Shown here piece by piece: positions 21,184-31,676 of a stretch of 64,000 bases of DNA. Under the pieces are notes generated by a model. That model worked only from the letters and a program-made list of their open reading frames with translations, was not told where the DNA came from and made no database searches. Position 1 is the stretch's first letter, and every line of letters starts with the position of its first letter. The position numbers and the translations under genes are program-made. Source of the stretch: an uncultured Acidobacteriota bacterium (lineage in GTDB: Bacteria > Acidobacteriota > UBA6911 > RPQK01 > JAPXNP01); the NCBI GenBank assembly GCA_963777605.1, contig CAVZRV010000035.1, positions 64,001 to 128,000 on the forward strand. Direction: 5' to 3'.

Positions 21184-22774
21184 CTTGGTTTCCTCCATTG
21201 AAGAGTTGGGGTTGTGGACTGGTATTGCTGAGTGATTCGCCGAGATCCCGGCAGTCTTCGAGTTCCAGAAACTCCTGCTCCGAGACCAGTTCAGGACACG
21301 TTCGGGCGATCTCGTCTTCGACGGCAGATCGGGCCAGGCGGGTCAACTCGTCCTCGCCTCGATCGCCCAGAAGTCGCCTGTAGGAGACTTTCCGGCTTTC
21401 GATGCGGGCCTCGAAATCGGCTTCGAGCCCCTCGTCCCGGATGTACTGCTGGATGCGGCAAGACTTAAAGGACTGAAAACGCGCGTGGCGTTCGGCGTCT
21501 CGTCTGCGATCCTCTTCGTCGCGGTCGTCCCAAAACAACGGCGCATGGCAGCCGAATGACGGCGGCACGGGCCGGTTTTCCTTGAGGAATGCGACGAGAA
21601 ATCCGACCGGGTTCTCAAGAGCCCCCTGGGCTGCGACCGAGTCGATGTACTCCAGTTGATCGAAGACGGGCTGGTTGGGATCTAAAGACCTTGCAAGGCT
21701 TCGCGCATCCCGTTTGGAGAGTCCACGCTTCGAGAGCTCGGCGACGAGGCCTTCAAAGGGCTGCCGTGATTCGTGCTCCGGTTCCTCTTCGGGCTTCCCG
21801 CTTGTCGGCGGGGCGGCTGATGGCCCGACCTCACCCTGGCTGCGATCCTCGTCCCTGCGAAACTTCGGGCCATGATGCAGGACGAGCTTGAATCCCTGTC
21901 CATCGCTGGTCTTGGCGATCTTCCAGTCGGCGAGATAGCCGTGCTCCGTCAGTTCGTCAAGCGAAGGCCCCAGCTTTTCCCGAATCTTCGAGGCGTAGCG
22001 ATACTCGGTCACGCTCAGAAGCCGAGCCAGCTCGTCATAGCGCTTCTCGAACGAGCCCTGGTTCTTCGTCGCGTAGAGCACGACCTGCAGCGGGAAGATC
22101 AGGGCTTTGGCGATCGGGTTCTTGAGCCGGTAGTAGGTCGGCCAGTCGATCGGCAGGGAGTGATTGCAGTTGAGGTTCCGCAGTTGCCAGTCGGAGAGGT
22201 AGACATAGTGTTTCTCGGCAATCGTTCCGTCTTCGAGTCGTTCTCCCCGCGAGGTGAAACGTTCGAAAACGTGAAATGCAGCGCTTCGCCATTCCTTGCG
22301 ATCGGCCAGAAAGACCGCCTGATCGGAGAGGATCAGGGTCCCCGTAATCCGCTCGAGCCATTCCCGGATGTCGCGGTAGTTCTTGCCGGCATCGGTCTGC
22401 CCCAGGAGTTTGAGGATCTCGGAACTCGAGAAGGTGATCGGGTTCGTGACTCGTCCCTTTCTGAACTTGATCCCCTGGATGATCCACATCAGGGCCAGGT
22501 ACTTGTCCTGATCGGCGGTTGTCGGCAGGCCATGAACGGCCGTCGGAATGATCGTGACCCGTTTCTCTTCGCGCTGACCGTTGACCAGCTTCGTGATCTT
22601 GACGGTCTTCTTCCGGGTGTTCCGGATCGTTCGAGACGAGGGCGTAAAGAACCCCAGTGAGGCCAGGTTCGCCTCCACGTTGACGAAATCGGGGATCTGG
22701 AGTTCCGCAGCATCGGCTCGCTCCGACTCCAGGATCTGCTGCAATTCGACGGCGGACAGGGCTTCGGGTTGCAT
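21170..22774 (-). CDS. Plasmid-type replication initiator (RepA-like, wHTH)
   Basis: GLPTTADQDKYLAL, ITFSSSEILKLLG, YYRLKNPIAKAL and LDELTEHGYL; iteron array directly upstream. Confidence 0.75.
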   Translation of the reverse strand: MQPEALSAVELQQILESERADAAELQIPDFVNVEANLASLGFFTPSSRTIRNTRKKTVKITKLVNGQREEKRVTIIPTAVHGLPTTADQDKYLALMWIIQGIKFRKGRVTNPITFSSSEILKLLGQTDAGKNYRDIREWLERITGTLILSDQAVFLADRKEWRSAAFHVFERFTSRGERLEDGTIAEKHYVYLSDWQLRNLNCNHSLPIDWPTYYRLKNPIAKALIFPLQVVLYATKNQGSFEKRYDELARLLSVTEYRYASKIREKLGPSLDELTEHGYLADWKIAKTSDGQGFKLVLHHGPKFRRDEDRSQGEVGPSAAPPTSGKPEEEPEHESRQPFEGLVAELSKRGLSKRDARSLARSLDPNQPVFDQLEYIDSVAAQGALENPVGFLVAFLKENRPVPPSFGCHAPLFWDDRDEEDRRRDAERHARFQSFKSCRIQQYIRDEGLEADFEARIESRKVSYRRLLGDRGEDELTRLARSAVEDEIARTCPELVSEQEFLELEDCRDLGESLSNTSPQPQLFNGGNQDATR

Positions 22775-22800
22775 TCAGACCTCTCCCCATCCGGTCGAAG

Positions 22801-22860
22801 TGAACAACAACAACTGTTTGTTGAAACAGTTTTGAAATTGTTTTGAAGATGTTTTGTATT
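22801..22860. other. AT-rich putative DNA-unwinding element of oriV
   Basis: Phased GTTTTGAA-like repeats in an AT-rich stretch between the iterons and the rep start. Confidence 0.65.
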
Positions 22861-22900
22861 CCGAAGAGGCAGTCAGGGTGCGGGTTTCCGGCCGGTTCTC

Positions 22901-23045
22901 TTCCCTTGAAGTACGGAGATTCTTCCCTTGAGGTACGGTATTCCTTCCCTCGAGGTACGGGAATCCTTCCCTCGAAGTACGGTTCTTCCCCCGGAGTACG
23001 GTCCGATTTCCCTCGAGGTACGGAGGGATTTCCCTTGAGGTACGG
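22901..23045 (+). repeat. Iteron array, 7 x 16 bp, consensus TTCCCTYGARGTACGG
   Basis: Copies start at 22901, 22923, 22945, 22967, 22986, 23008 and 23030 (spacing 22,22,22,19,22,22). Confidence 0.88.
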
Positions 23046-23313
23046 CAAGCGTGGGATGAATGGGGTGAGGAGAGGAATCCGGAATGCTGAATGCCGAGAT
23101 CGCGAATGGCGATTGTCGGACGGAGAGGAGCCGCCCGGCGGCGTTCGACGGTCCGTAAAATGTGTCTGCGCAACCATGTGTCCTGTTTCTTTCCTGCGGT
23201 CCGTAACTGGAGCGCCGAATTCAACTTAGGACACAATCAGGAAAGACCCGGCTAGACTGGTTATTAGTGGTTAGTGACCCAAACGGACCACTTCGTAAAA
23301 GGTCGTCCCCGTT

Positions 23314-23358
23314 CTTCTAATCCGTAGGTCGCGCGTTCGAATCGCGCCGGGCGCGCCA
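23314..23358 (+). repeat. 3' half of tRNA-Arg(TCT), att core; not a functional tRNA
   Basis: CTTCTAATCCGTAGGTCGCGCGTTCGAATCGCGCCGGGCGCGCCA has the anticodon loop, T-arm and CCA; no D-arm or 5' acceptor strand upstream. Confidence 0.85.
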
Positions 23359-23660
23359 CCCCCAACCCGCGTCGGACGGGGCTTTCCGGCTATTTGGCTA
23401 TCTCACCAAACACCCTCGATAAGGGGGATTGTGCCCGTGATTGTGCCCGCGCCGATCCAACTCCAACTCACTTGCTCAGCGACAATGACATTTCCCTGGG
23501 AAATGTAGTTGACGTCGGGGACTCACTGGAACCAAGAGAGAGCGCTATTCTGATCTACCGCAAGAACGCCCAGATGTTTCTGAGGGTCAAAATGGCGTCG
23601 CCGGGAAACGAGACTGGCCGATGGAAATTCCAACAGAAAGATCTTGGCTACCTGCGCCCA

Positions 23661-25610
23661 CTACCTCAGCTTTTCAAAGGTCACACTTTGGACGACAAAA
23701 CTGCAAACCTTCGCGTCGTCACCTCGCTTGAACCGATAATCTCCCAGCCAAGGGCCGACAAACGCATCCTGCTCCTTTGGTGTCAGCACCAACTCCATAA
23801 AGGGATGCCTGAGTTTGAGTTTCTTGTTGTCGACGACAATTGGGTAAACCATTCCCAGTTCCTCACTGTAATAGAGCCCTGCATAGGAGCGGAGTTCTTG
23901 ATCGGAGGGTTCCCAAGCGGGTAAGCGCTGAAGTGTAGAATCCTCACCACCCCACCTAAACGTGACCAGCGGGGCCTTTCCTTCAATGGCACTCTCGAAT
24001 ACCACCTCGATATCGATGTCTTCGTTGACAAAAGTCGTATCAGAGACCGGCTGCAGAGGAAAGGAAGTCGGAAGGTTTGGATTCTCCACCTTTGCGCGCA
24101 TATGCGAGCCTTCTACCTCGAAGGTCAGGACCAGAGGCTGCTCAACTCCTCCTCCATACCGGCCGGCGTAACTTGCCAGCAAGGCTGAATCCACCTCTTT
24201 GGTCCTGGGATCTCCTGGCGTTTCAGGTGTCTCCTGTTCGGTCATAGGAGGGCCGATGAACTCCTCGACGAGACCATCAATAACGGCTGGAAAGATCCGC
24301 GTGTTGAACAGCAAGATCAGCCCCCCGTTAATCTCCGGATAGTAAGCTATCTCCGCGTTGATGCCGCCATCATAGCCACTATGGCTATAGCGAAGAAGTC
24401 CACGGCGCCTCTCGATTTCGAGGCCAAAGGAATACCGGCTTCCACCCCTTTCATCGGACGGAGTCGACTCGGTTAATCGCGAGATGAGTTCTTTCCCCCC
24501 GAGGCGGGCATCATGGAAGTTGTCCAGCCAGCATCTGAGATCGTCCACCGTGGAATAGATGCTGCTGGCTCCGTACAAGGCTTGAGTGTCGTACTTCTCA
24601 ACGAACTCGTTCCCCTGCCTGCGGTAGCCCTGAGCACTTCCCGGTATCACCTGCCCAGGAGTGATCTTGACCACTGTGTTGTCCATGCCAAGCGGATTGA
24701 AAACATTCGACTTCATCCAGTTCGAGAATGACGTGTGCGTGGCACGCTCGATGACTTCCGCAAGCAGGATGTAACCGGTGTTGCTGTATCGATACTCCAA
24801 ACCCGGAGCATTTTGGAGCTCTCGCTGTCGCTGTGCCGACTCAATGAGTTCCTTCCTCTGCCAGGCCCCTCGAACTCCCTTCATTGGAAACGTCCTAAAA
24901 ATGTCCCTGTATCCGCCGGTATGGTTCAAGAGGTGAAGAAGCGTGACCGGTGTCCCGTAGTCGCGAAGCTCCGGAATGTAACTCCGAACCTCGTCGTGGC
25001 AGGAAACTTTGCCCTGCTGTTCGAGCAGGGCAATGGCAAAGGCAGTAAACTGCTTGGAAATCGAGCCGATGTTTGCGGCGGTATGCGTCGTGAACGGGAT
25101 CTCGTGCGTCAGATTGGCAAGACCAACGGACCTGGAATATTCAACACCGCCATCAACAACGACGATTAACGCCCCGCCAGGCTCCTTCGCTCGGTAGTAC
25201 GCCTTCAACAGCTGGTCGGCTCGCTCTTGGGGAGTCGTTCCCAGTTGCTCGCGCGACATTATTTGCAGCGTATATCTACCGCCACTGCCTCGGGCGATCG
25301 ACACCCTGATCCGGTAGGCTCCTGCAACTGCAGACGAGAAGTGGAAGCGCTCCAAAAGGCCGTAGTTGTCGTAACGCCCTATCCGGTTCCCTGCGGGGCC
25401 GAAAATCGTGATGGCGGAATCGACTTCGTCCGAATTCAGTTCACCGTAGATGAACTGGTTGGCGGGCAACTCAAGACCGTAGACTTGTGGCGCTTCTGCG
25501 TCGATGCTCCCTTCAACCTGGCCTAGCCCGAGTCGTACGGGTTGCTCCTCCTGAATCGCGGTTGCACTGCCGAAAGACAGAAGGAAGAGGGTGGCGATTC
25601 GCACGATCAT
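23661..25610 (-). CDS. Secreted serine hydrolase (beta-lactamase family) with an N-terminal PPC-like domain and C-terminal repeats
   Basis: SISK, YSN and HSG motifs; signal peptide; GGAGG RBS. Confidence 0.87.
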   Translation of the reverse strand: MIVRIATLFLLSFGSATAIQEEQPVRLGLGQVEGSIDAEAPQVYGLELPANQFIYGELNSDEVDSAITIFGPAGNRIGRYDNYGLLERFHFSSAVAGAYRIRVSIARGSGGRYTLQIMSREQLGTTPQERADQLLKAYYRAKEPGGALIVVVDGGVEYSRSVGLANLTHEIPFTTHTAANIGSISKQFTAFAIALLEQQGKVSCHDEVRSYIPELRDYGTPVTLLHLLNHTGGYRDIFRTFPMKGVRGAWQRKELIESAQRQRELQNAPGLEYRYSNTGYILLAEVIERATHTSFSNWMKSNVFNPLGMDNTVVKITPGQVIPGSAQGYRRQGNEFVEKYDTQALYGASSIYSTVDDLRCWLDNFHDARLGGKELISRLTESTPSDERGGSRYSFGLEIERRRGLLRYSHSGYDGGINAEIAYYPEINGGLILLFNTRIFPAVIDGLVEEFIGPPMTEQETPETPGDPRTKEVDSALLASYAGRYGGGVEQPLVLTFEVEGSHMRAKVENPNLPTSFPLQPVSDTTFVNEDIDIEVVFESAIEGKAPLVTFRWGGEDSTLQRLPAWEPSDQELRSYAGLYYSEELGMVYPIVVDNKKLKLRHPFMELVLTPKEQDAFVGPWLGDYRFKRGDDAKVCSFVVQSVTFEKLR

Positions 25611-25890
25611 CTGAACCTCCCTCAAGGCCTTGTTAAGGGCCTCGTTGTTGGAGATTGAATTGTGAGCAGTAGTAGAAGCTCAGGGCACCACCGCCTGACT
25701 GATCGGATTTTCCGCGGAACGCAGCTCCGAAATCAGGAAGACCTTCCGTTTCGAGTACGGGCTGGGAATGATTCTCGACATTGGACCGGTTTGGATTGAG
25801 GTTGACCAACACGACCCGCCTCTCCGTGGCCTGACAGCGGTCCTTTCCAGAGTCTAACTCACCCCGGGAGACCCCACAAGCGCCCCCAAG

Positions 25891-26040
25891 GTTCTTCTAA
25901 TCCAAATGAGTCACGGCGGGCGCGCCACCTCAAACCCGCGTCGGACGGGGCTTTCCGGCAGGTTGGCTTTCTCTCCAAACACCCTCGAAAGGGGGGGGGT
26001 GCTCGAGATTGTGCCACCGGCAATCCAACTCCTACTCACT
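25891..26040 (+). repeat. Degenerate direct copy of the 23311-23470 tRNA-Arg att block (T-arm lost)
   Basis: GTTCTTCTAATCC...GGGCGCGCCACC..AACCCGCGTCGGACGGGGCTTTCCGGC...CCAAACACCCTCGA...GATTGTGCC...ATCCAACTCC. Confidence 0.8.
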
Positions 26041-26356
26041 CAAACCAAGATGAAGATGAGTTTTCCCTCACGCGGACGAAGAAGTTTGCTCGTCGGAGAA
26101 TTATCAAGGCACAATTCGCCAAAGTCAGGTATGACATGAAGCGTCTCTTAAATCCGAGGCCTGACCGACTCAATCTCGCTGAAGACCCACAACTTGAACT
26201 ACTTATGGGTTTGAAAATTCCCGGGGTTGGACGTCTTCACCTGCAAACCGCTGGTCGGGTCAACCAGGATCACCGCTGACTACTGACCGGGAGCAATTAT
26301 CGAGATTCTGTGAGGTCAGGCTTCTCAATACCGGGAGGAAGCACACCTCTTCTGTT

Positions 26357-27010
26357 CTACAAGCCAAGAATAATTGAAGCACCAAGTCCGAGCAAATCAC
26401 TAGCAGACCTTAGTCTTCGCACTAGCAGCTCCCAACTCACCGATCTTAGGAAGTTGGGGTCCATAATCTTCTCAGCAATGAAGTTTAACAATTGCGTCGC
26501 CTCCGAAGTACTTATACGGCCGAACTCGATAACTATTTTTCGATTCCCTTTTATCCAACTCTCAGGGTGTACATCAGTGATTAACATGGAAGGATTTGCC
26601 GCTGGAGAGAGAAAATCTTTCAATCAAGTCAATCCTGCTCTCCTCACTTAAAGGAACCGCGATCACAGCCTTGTTGCCTCCACGCACAGCGATGTCCCTC
26701 ATTGAATTAAAGATCAGTTCTTCGATAGGCATACGACTTACTGCTCCAAGAACAACTGTCAAATAGAGGTCGACACCTGGCGAGATCTCACACGTATATC
26801 TCACTAATTCTCCCATCTACTAATTCCTTCCGAGAGAAGTTCCACTTCGACTGGAACTGCCTTTACAATTCCAGCTGTCAAATTATATTCTGGATACTTG
26901 CAGGATAGATAAAGGTGCATTCCATCATTGCAGTGCTGAAGGACATCTATCTCAATGTAGTCTCCTGCAATCTTCTTCATCGTCGTCGTATAATCGCTTG
27001 GCCAACTCAC
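26357..27010 (-). pseudogene. AT-rich hypothetical gene in three overlapping ORF pieces
   Basis: ORFs 26804-27010, 26574-26816 and 26357-26623 overlap end to end; no family recognised. Confidence 0.35.
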
Positions 27011-27079
27011 TATTCTGTAATCTTCAGCTATCTTTCGATGAAAATCACGCCAAACCTCATTATAAAGCCGAGGGTATTC

Positions 27080-28622
27080 TCAGTTCAGATGAAATTCATC
27101 TCCCAACCGAAGCTTTTTACAGAGAATTTGCTCCGTTTTCACACTACAGAGGTTTTTGACAAAATCGACAAATTTCCCCGCCACGCTACTTGTGACACAA
27201 CTGTTTACAAGAATCCATTCGAATTCACGTTCGCTATCGAAAAAGAGATTGTAAAGTTCAACAAGCGCCCTAGACATTAGCAGGTTGGCTTCATCCATAC
27301 TGTCTGTTATTTGTCTCAAACCTGACTCGAAAGAATCAACTAAGAGAGCTCGACATTGCTGTCCTCGAATCGAAGCATCCGTGAGGAAATACGTGAGAAC
27401 ACCCACCGGAATTCTCATACCAAAAGAAGTTATTCCTTCCAGAAATAGGTAGCCTGATGCCTCGTCCGCTAAAATTGCAATAGAAGATCGCTTCTCAGAC
27501 CCATAGGGCCCAAAGTTGCATGACAAAAGTGTACGATTGTCAAGGAGGTTCCTTCCTAGGCACAGAGATTCGGTTCGAACCTCAAGCTTTTTGATTCCAT
27601 AGGCCTGCATTGCGAGGAGCCGGACGAGTCCAGGATATGATCTGAGAGTCGCCTTCTCGTCTTCAACGTGTGCCTGTACCAGCTTGTCGACAAAGCGAGA
27701 AACCACTTTGCAGCTGTGACATCCGAGCAACGCCTCAAAGAACCTGTCCCATGATTTTGTATCGTCCGAAGTGAAGCCTATAGAATTCGCAATCTCGGAC
27801 CAAATTCTAAGGTCTTCAGCTTCAAGGTCGGCTTTCGGCATATCTTCATCTCTTGCCACCATTTGCCTCCACCCTGGCTTGGCCATTTCGCGTTGGAAGG
27901 ACTCCTTCTTGCGCGCTACGACCTCTCTCACTCGGCGAAGTGCCGTTTCGGCGTTACCGTTGTTGGAACTGGCAAATTCGGAAGACGCAAGGCATATGTC
28001 AAAAGTCGTCTTGGAACCATGAGCCTTTACGGAGTTCGCACGGTCCATCAGTCGACTCATGCAGGGCAGAGTCACGAGACTTGGAGGATCCCACATACCG
28101 AACGAGGCAAAGGGCATCAACCTCGACTGGATCGTGCACTTCGGAACCCCAAACGCCATCAGCCTCAAGACCTCTTTGATCTGGGCTCTTTCGTCTCCTG
28201 CGTAAGTGGGGGTTGGGAAGAGCCGATCTCGCCCGGCGTTCTCCCACAGAAGGCCTCTGGATGGAAATCGCCGCTATGAGTTGGGCTCTACTGTCAAATT
28301 TCTCGGGCTTCCAGGCTACGAAAAGATCCGCAACGATCAGGCTCATCACCATTGCCTGTAGGTACCCTTCCAATACATCTTGGGAAGAGAATCGTTCTTG
28401 AATGAGGTCCATCTTCCTCGGATCGAGCAGGTTGGACACATACTCCCGGTCTTCCGCCACCATGATCATCGAATCCGGCCAGATTCGCCGAGAGACTGGA
28501 TGCAGATGGTGGCTCCATCCAAGCGCAAGCCGCCGGGCAGAGTCGGTGAATGTCCTCGAAAGTGACCTAGCCGAGTCGGCGCGAGACCTGAGGCCAGTCC
28601 CTTGCGTCACGATGGGGTACAT
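27080..28622 (-). CDS. Hypothetical protein(s), probably one frameshifted gene, AT-richer than its flanks
   Basis: Overlapping ORFs 27999-28622 and 27080-28168 with globular composition; no motif recognised. Confidence 0.4.
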
Positions 28623-28866
28623 CCGCTTGCAGCTGGGCCGGGTTGGACTGGTACGCGGGAAGTAGCCAGCCGCACAGCGGGGGTGGTGCCGGCTCCCCGA
28701 GATGATGGAAGGAATCCGTCTCGCTGGAGTCTCCCCTGTTGGGCTTCCCTATGATACCTCGGGAAGTGTACCTGAATGTGTTATTACGATATTGATTGAC
28801 GGAAATGCAAAGTTGGAGCAGACTACCTTCTACACGGAACACCCAATCCAGCGAGGGAGATCGGAC

Positions 28867-30366
28867 ATGTCTTCACGGATTCGACTCGTACTTCTAATTT
28901 TAATTCTGGTTGTTTTCTTGAGTCCGGCATGGGGGCAGGGTCAGGCTCCTTTCGTGCCGGGGGAGGTTGCGGTTTACGCCACTCCCGACGAACTGCCCGG
29001 TCAGACCGTCGCGAAGTTCCTCCCTGCCGGTCGGATCACGGTCTTGAAGACGCAACCGGGACGGGAGTTCGGGCTGGCTCAACGCCTGCGAGAGAGCGGG
29101 TTCGTGGCCGGAGTCAATCTCCGAGCACAGGCGTTTCAGACAGCAGGTGCCGTTAACGACCCTCTCTATTCTCCTTACCAGTGGCATCTGGCTCACGTTC
29201 AGAGTGAGCAGGTCTGGCCGACAGCAATAGGTTCGGGCGCTAAGGTCGCGGTCTTGGATACCGGGTTGGCAACCAACGGTTCGAGAGATGGTATCGGCTG
29301 CGTTGTTGCGGGGTACGATTTCGTCAACGGCGATAATGATCCGGTGGATGGCGACGGTCACGGAACCCATGTTTCGGGAACGATTGCTCAAGCGACCAAC
29401 AACCATACGGGTGTGGCCGGGCTGGCCTACGGTTCTTGTATCATGCCGGTCAAAGTCCTCGACGATTCCGGATCCGGGTCGTTCTCCGACATCGCAGCTG
29501 GGATCTACTGGGCGGTTGACGCCGGTGCCAACGTCATCAACATGAGCCTCGGGATCAATGCCCGATTTGGCATCACCAGCGATCCCATCATGAACCCGGC
29601 TCTGGACTATGCATACGCGCATGATGTCACCGTGGTCTGCGCCTCAGGTAATGACGGAAGCCGCAAGAACGTGAGCTATCCTGCTAGTTACAATACGACG
29701 ATCGCGGTGGGAGCCACGGACTATGCCAATCAGGTGACCCGTTATTCCAACAAGGGTACTGGACTCGATCTGGTTGCTCCCGGAGGAGACAGTGCCGACC
29801 TAAACGGTGACGGTTACATGGATGGAGTCCTTCAGGAGACTTTCGGGACCGGAGGTTGGGGGTACTACTTCTTCACTGGAACTTCGATGGCGTCTCCCCA
29901 TGTCGCAGCGGCGGCGGCGATTCTAATCGGTGCAGGAAGTGCAACCACTCCGGACGAGGTCTACTCGGCCCTGACCGGCAGTGCTCTCGACCTCGGTGTT
30001 CCCGGTTACGATTCCACTTCCGGCTACGGACTCTTGCAGGTTTTCGACGCTCTTGGAGGAGTCGGTCCAATCGACGCAGATGGCGACGGCTTCATCCCGC
30101 CTGACGACTGCAATGAGGGCGATCCATCCATCAATCCCGGTGCGTCGGAGATCTGTGGCGATTTCGTGGACAATAACTGCGACGGGGTGATCGACGAAGG
30201 CTGCGCTGTCGGGGGCTGTACCGATCAGGACGGAGACGGCTGGTGTGTCGAGGATGGAGACTGCAATGACGCCGACCCACAAGTCTATCCCGGTCATCAG
30301 GACTCGAAGGGGCGCTGGGGCAGAGACGGCGTTGACAACGACTGCAACGGAATCATCGACGGATAG
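28867..30366 (+). CDS. Secreted S8 subtilase with C-terminal Cys/Asp-rich metal-binding (MopE-type) repeats
   Basis: Catalytic triad VLDTG, HGTHVSG, GTSMASPHV; two DxDGDG...DCN..DP...PG...DNxCxG repeats. Confidence 0.92.
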   Translation: MSSRIRLVLLILILVVFLSPAWGQGQAPFVPGEVAVYATPDELPGQTVAKFLPAGRITVLKTQPGREFGLAQRLRESGFVAGVNLRAQAFQTAGAVNDPLYSPYQWHLAHVQSEQVWPTAIGSGAKVAVLDTGLATNGSRDGIGCVVAGYDFVNGDNDPVDGDGHGTHVSGTIAQATNNHTGVAGLAYGSCIMPVKVLDDSGSGSFSDIAAGIYWAVDAGANVINMSLGINARFGITSDPIMNPALDYAYAHDVTVVCASGNDGSRKNVSYPASYNTTIAVGATDYANQVTRYSNKGTGLDLVAPGGDSADLNGDGYMDGVLQETFGTGGWGYYFFTGTSMASPHVAAAAAILIGAGSATTPDEVYSALTGSALDLGVPGYDSTSGYGLLQVFDALGGVGPIDADGDGFIPPDDCNEGDPSINPGASEICGDFVDNNCDGVIDEGCAVGGCTDQDGDGWCVEDGDCNDADPQVYPGHQDSKGRWGRDGVDNDCNGIIDG

Positions 30367-30432
30367 CGATGGGCTGGGCGTCTTCGAAGGTAAAGCCGGC
30401 TGTAGTTAGCGGCAGTGCCTTCCAGTAAAAGG

Positions 30433-30605
30433 GTTCCGAGTTAGTTCCGTTCGAGATGGTAAGAAGTGGTAAATTCTGGTAATCCGACCTGTCCGCGGTT
30501 TCCCGATAAATCATTGTTTTGTTGAGCTTTGTTAAGTTTTGGTAACCCTCCGAGCTTGAACTTACAAACCGGAGGTCGCGAGTTCGAGTCTCGTCGGCCC
30601 CGCCA
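30433..30605 (+). repeat. att-like arm block plus 3' half of tRNA-Val(TAC) (30561-30605)
   Basis: GTTCCG x2, TGGTAA x3 at 10-bp phase, then CTTACAAACCGGAGGTCGCGAGTTCGAGTCTCGTCGGCCCCGCCA. Confidence 0.8.
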
Positions 30606-30677
30606 ACGGCGGTAGAGTTCAGTTTGTCTGGGGAAGCAGCAAAAACCGAATACATCCGGATCTACAGACAGCAAGTT

Positions 30678-31190
30678 CTACAGGTTCAAACTGAATTCCG
30701 TCAACTGGACACTGCTTTTATCAAGATACATTCTCGTGTAAGCCCTCTTGATCACCAACTTTGCCTGCACAATTCCTTTCGCCCTCATTCCTCCGACAAC
30801 CTTCTTCTCCGGTAGGAGAGCCTCGATTGACTTCTTACCCGCATCACAGCACAGGGTAACGACGGTTTGGAAGTCGCGGCACTTGTCCCTGATTCTTTGC
30901 CGATTGCGCTCATCCAGAATGCACAAGTTCACCATTGGGTACTTGCCGACCCATGAGTCTGCGGTGATCTCCTTCTCGCGAAGCAGGCTCTTCAACCGCT
31001 CAATTTCTTCACCCATCGCAACGGCCCTGAAACCCGTCGGAGCCAGCTTGAGTGCAGGCGCACCCTGAGGTGATTTCTGAAGATGAAGACTCATGTTCGC
31101 ACAGACCGGACAGCCGAGCAGGAAGACATGGCTTTCTCCTCGAAGGTCATTGAGGACGTCTGAGTCGGAGCGTGATTCACAATAGATCAT
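30678..31190 (-). CDS. Cys-rich protein resembling the N-terminal part of MetV (MTHFR small subunit)
   Basis: VFLLGCPVCAN, NLC and VVTLCCDAG cysteine pattern. Confidence 0.55.
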   Translation of the reverse strand: MIYCESRSDSDVLNDLRGESHVFLLGCPVCANMSLHLQKSPQGAPALKLAPTGFRAVAMGEEIERLKSLLREKEITADSWVGKYPMVNLCILDERNRQRIRDKCRDFQTVVTLCCDAGKKSIEALLPEKKVVGGMRAKGIVQAKLVIKRAYTRMYLDKSSVQLTEFSLNL

Positions 31191-31286
31191 ATGGCCCTCT
31201 TTCGCGGTGACCGCCTTATACAGTTAGGAACACGATCCCGTGCCGAACCACACCGCCTTTATCCGGGCGGGAGGTGATTCATCGCG

Positions 31287-31676
31287 TCACGCGGTGGCCG
31301 GGGGCTTCCCGACGAGCGAGTAGCCGTAGCCGGTCACGAACCCGACGTGCAGAGCGTAAATCAGTGCGAGCATTACGGTGAACGGAATCCCGTACACGAG
31401 ATTCAGAGCCAACTTGTACAGGATCAACAGGATGTAGAGAGTCACCAAGGAAACAACCACGGCCCTTCTGGCCTCAGATTCCTCGGCATTTCTGACCAAG
31501 AGTGTGAGCAGGGCTTTGAATAGGACGAATATGCCCAAAGCCCGGGCGATCAAGAAGGAATCGCCGGCTGACTCAAAACCGATCAGTGAACTGCAGAGAT
31601 TCGGGAAGAATACAAAGCCAGCCCCAAACAAGAACGCATACACAGAGTTGACGGTAAAGACTGTCTTCAACCGCAT
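31287..31676 (-). CDS. Four-TM membrane protein
   Basis: Four hydrophobic segments; GAGGAGG RBS. Confidence 0.75.
   Translation of the reverse strand: MRLKTVFTVNSVYAFLFGAGFVFFPNLCSSLIGFESAGDSFLIARALGIFVLFKALLTLLVRNAEESEARRAVVVSLVTLYILLILYKLALNLVYGIPFTVMLALIYALHVGFVTGYGYSLVGKPPATA

Noticed and set aside
22901-23045. CRISPR array
   Set aside because: Repeats are 16 bp with only 3-6 bp between them, no cas genes are present, and the position beside rep fits iterons
22035-23236. ORFs crossing the origin (22035-23177, 22775-23236, 22843-23229)
   Set aside because: Their repetitive translations simply reflect the iterons
26208-26235. Degenerate tRNA-Phe(GAA) fragment TTGAAAATTCCCGGGGTTGG
   Set aside because: No T-arm or CCA follows; too short to support
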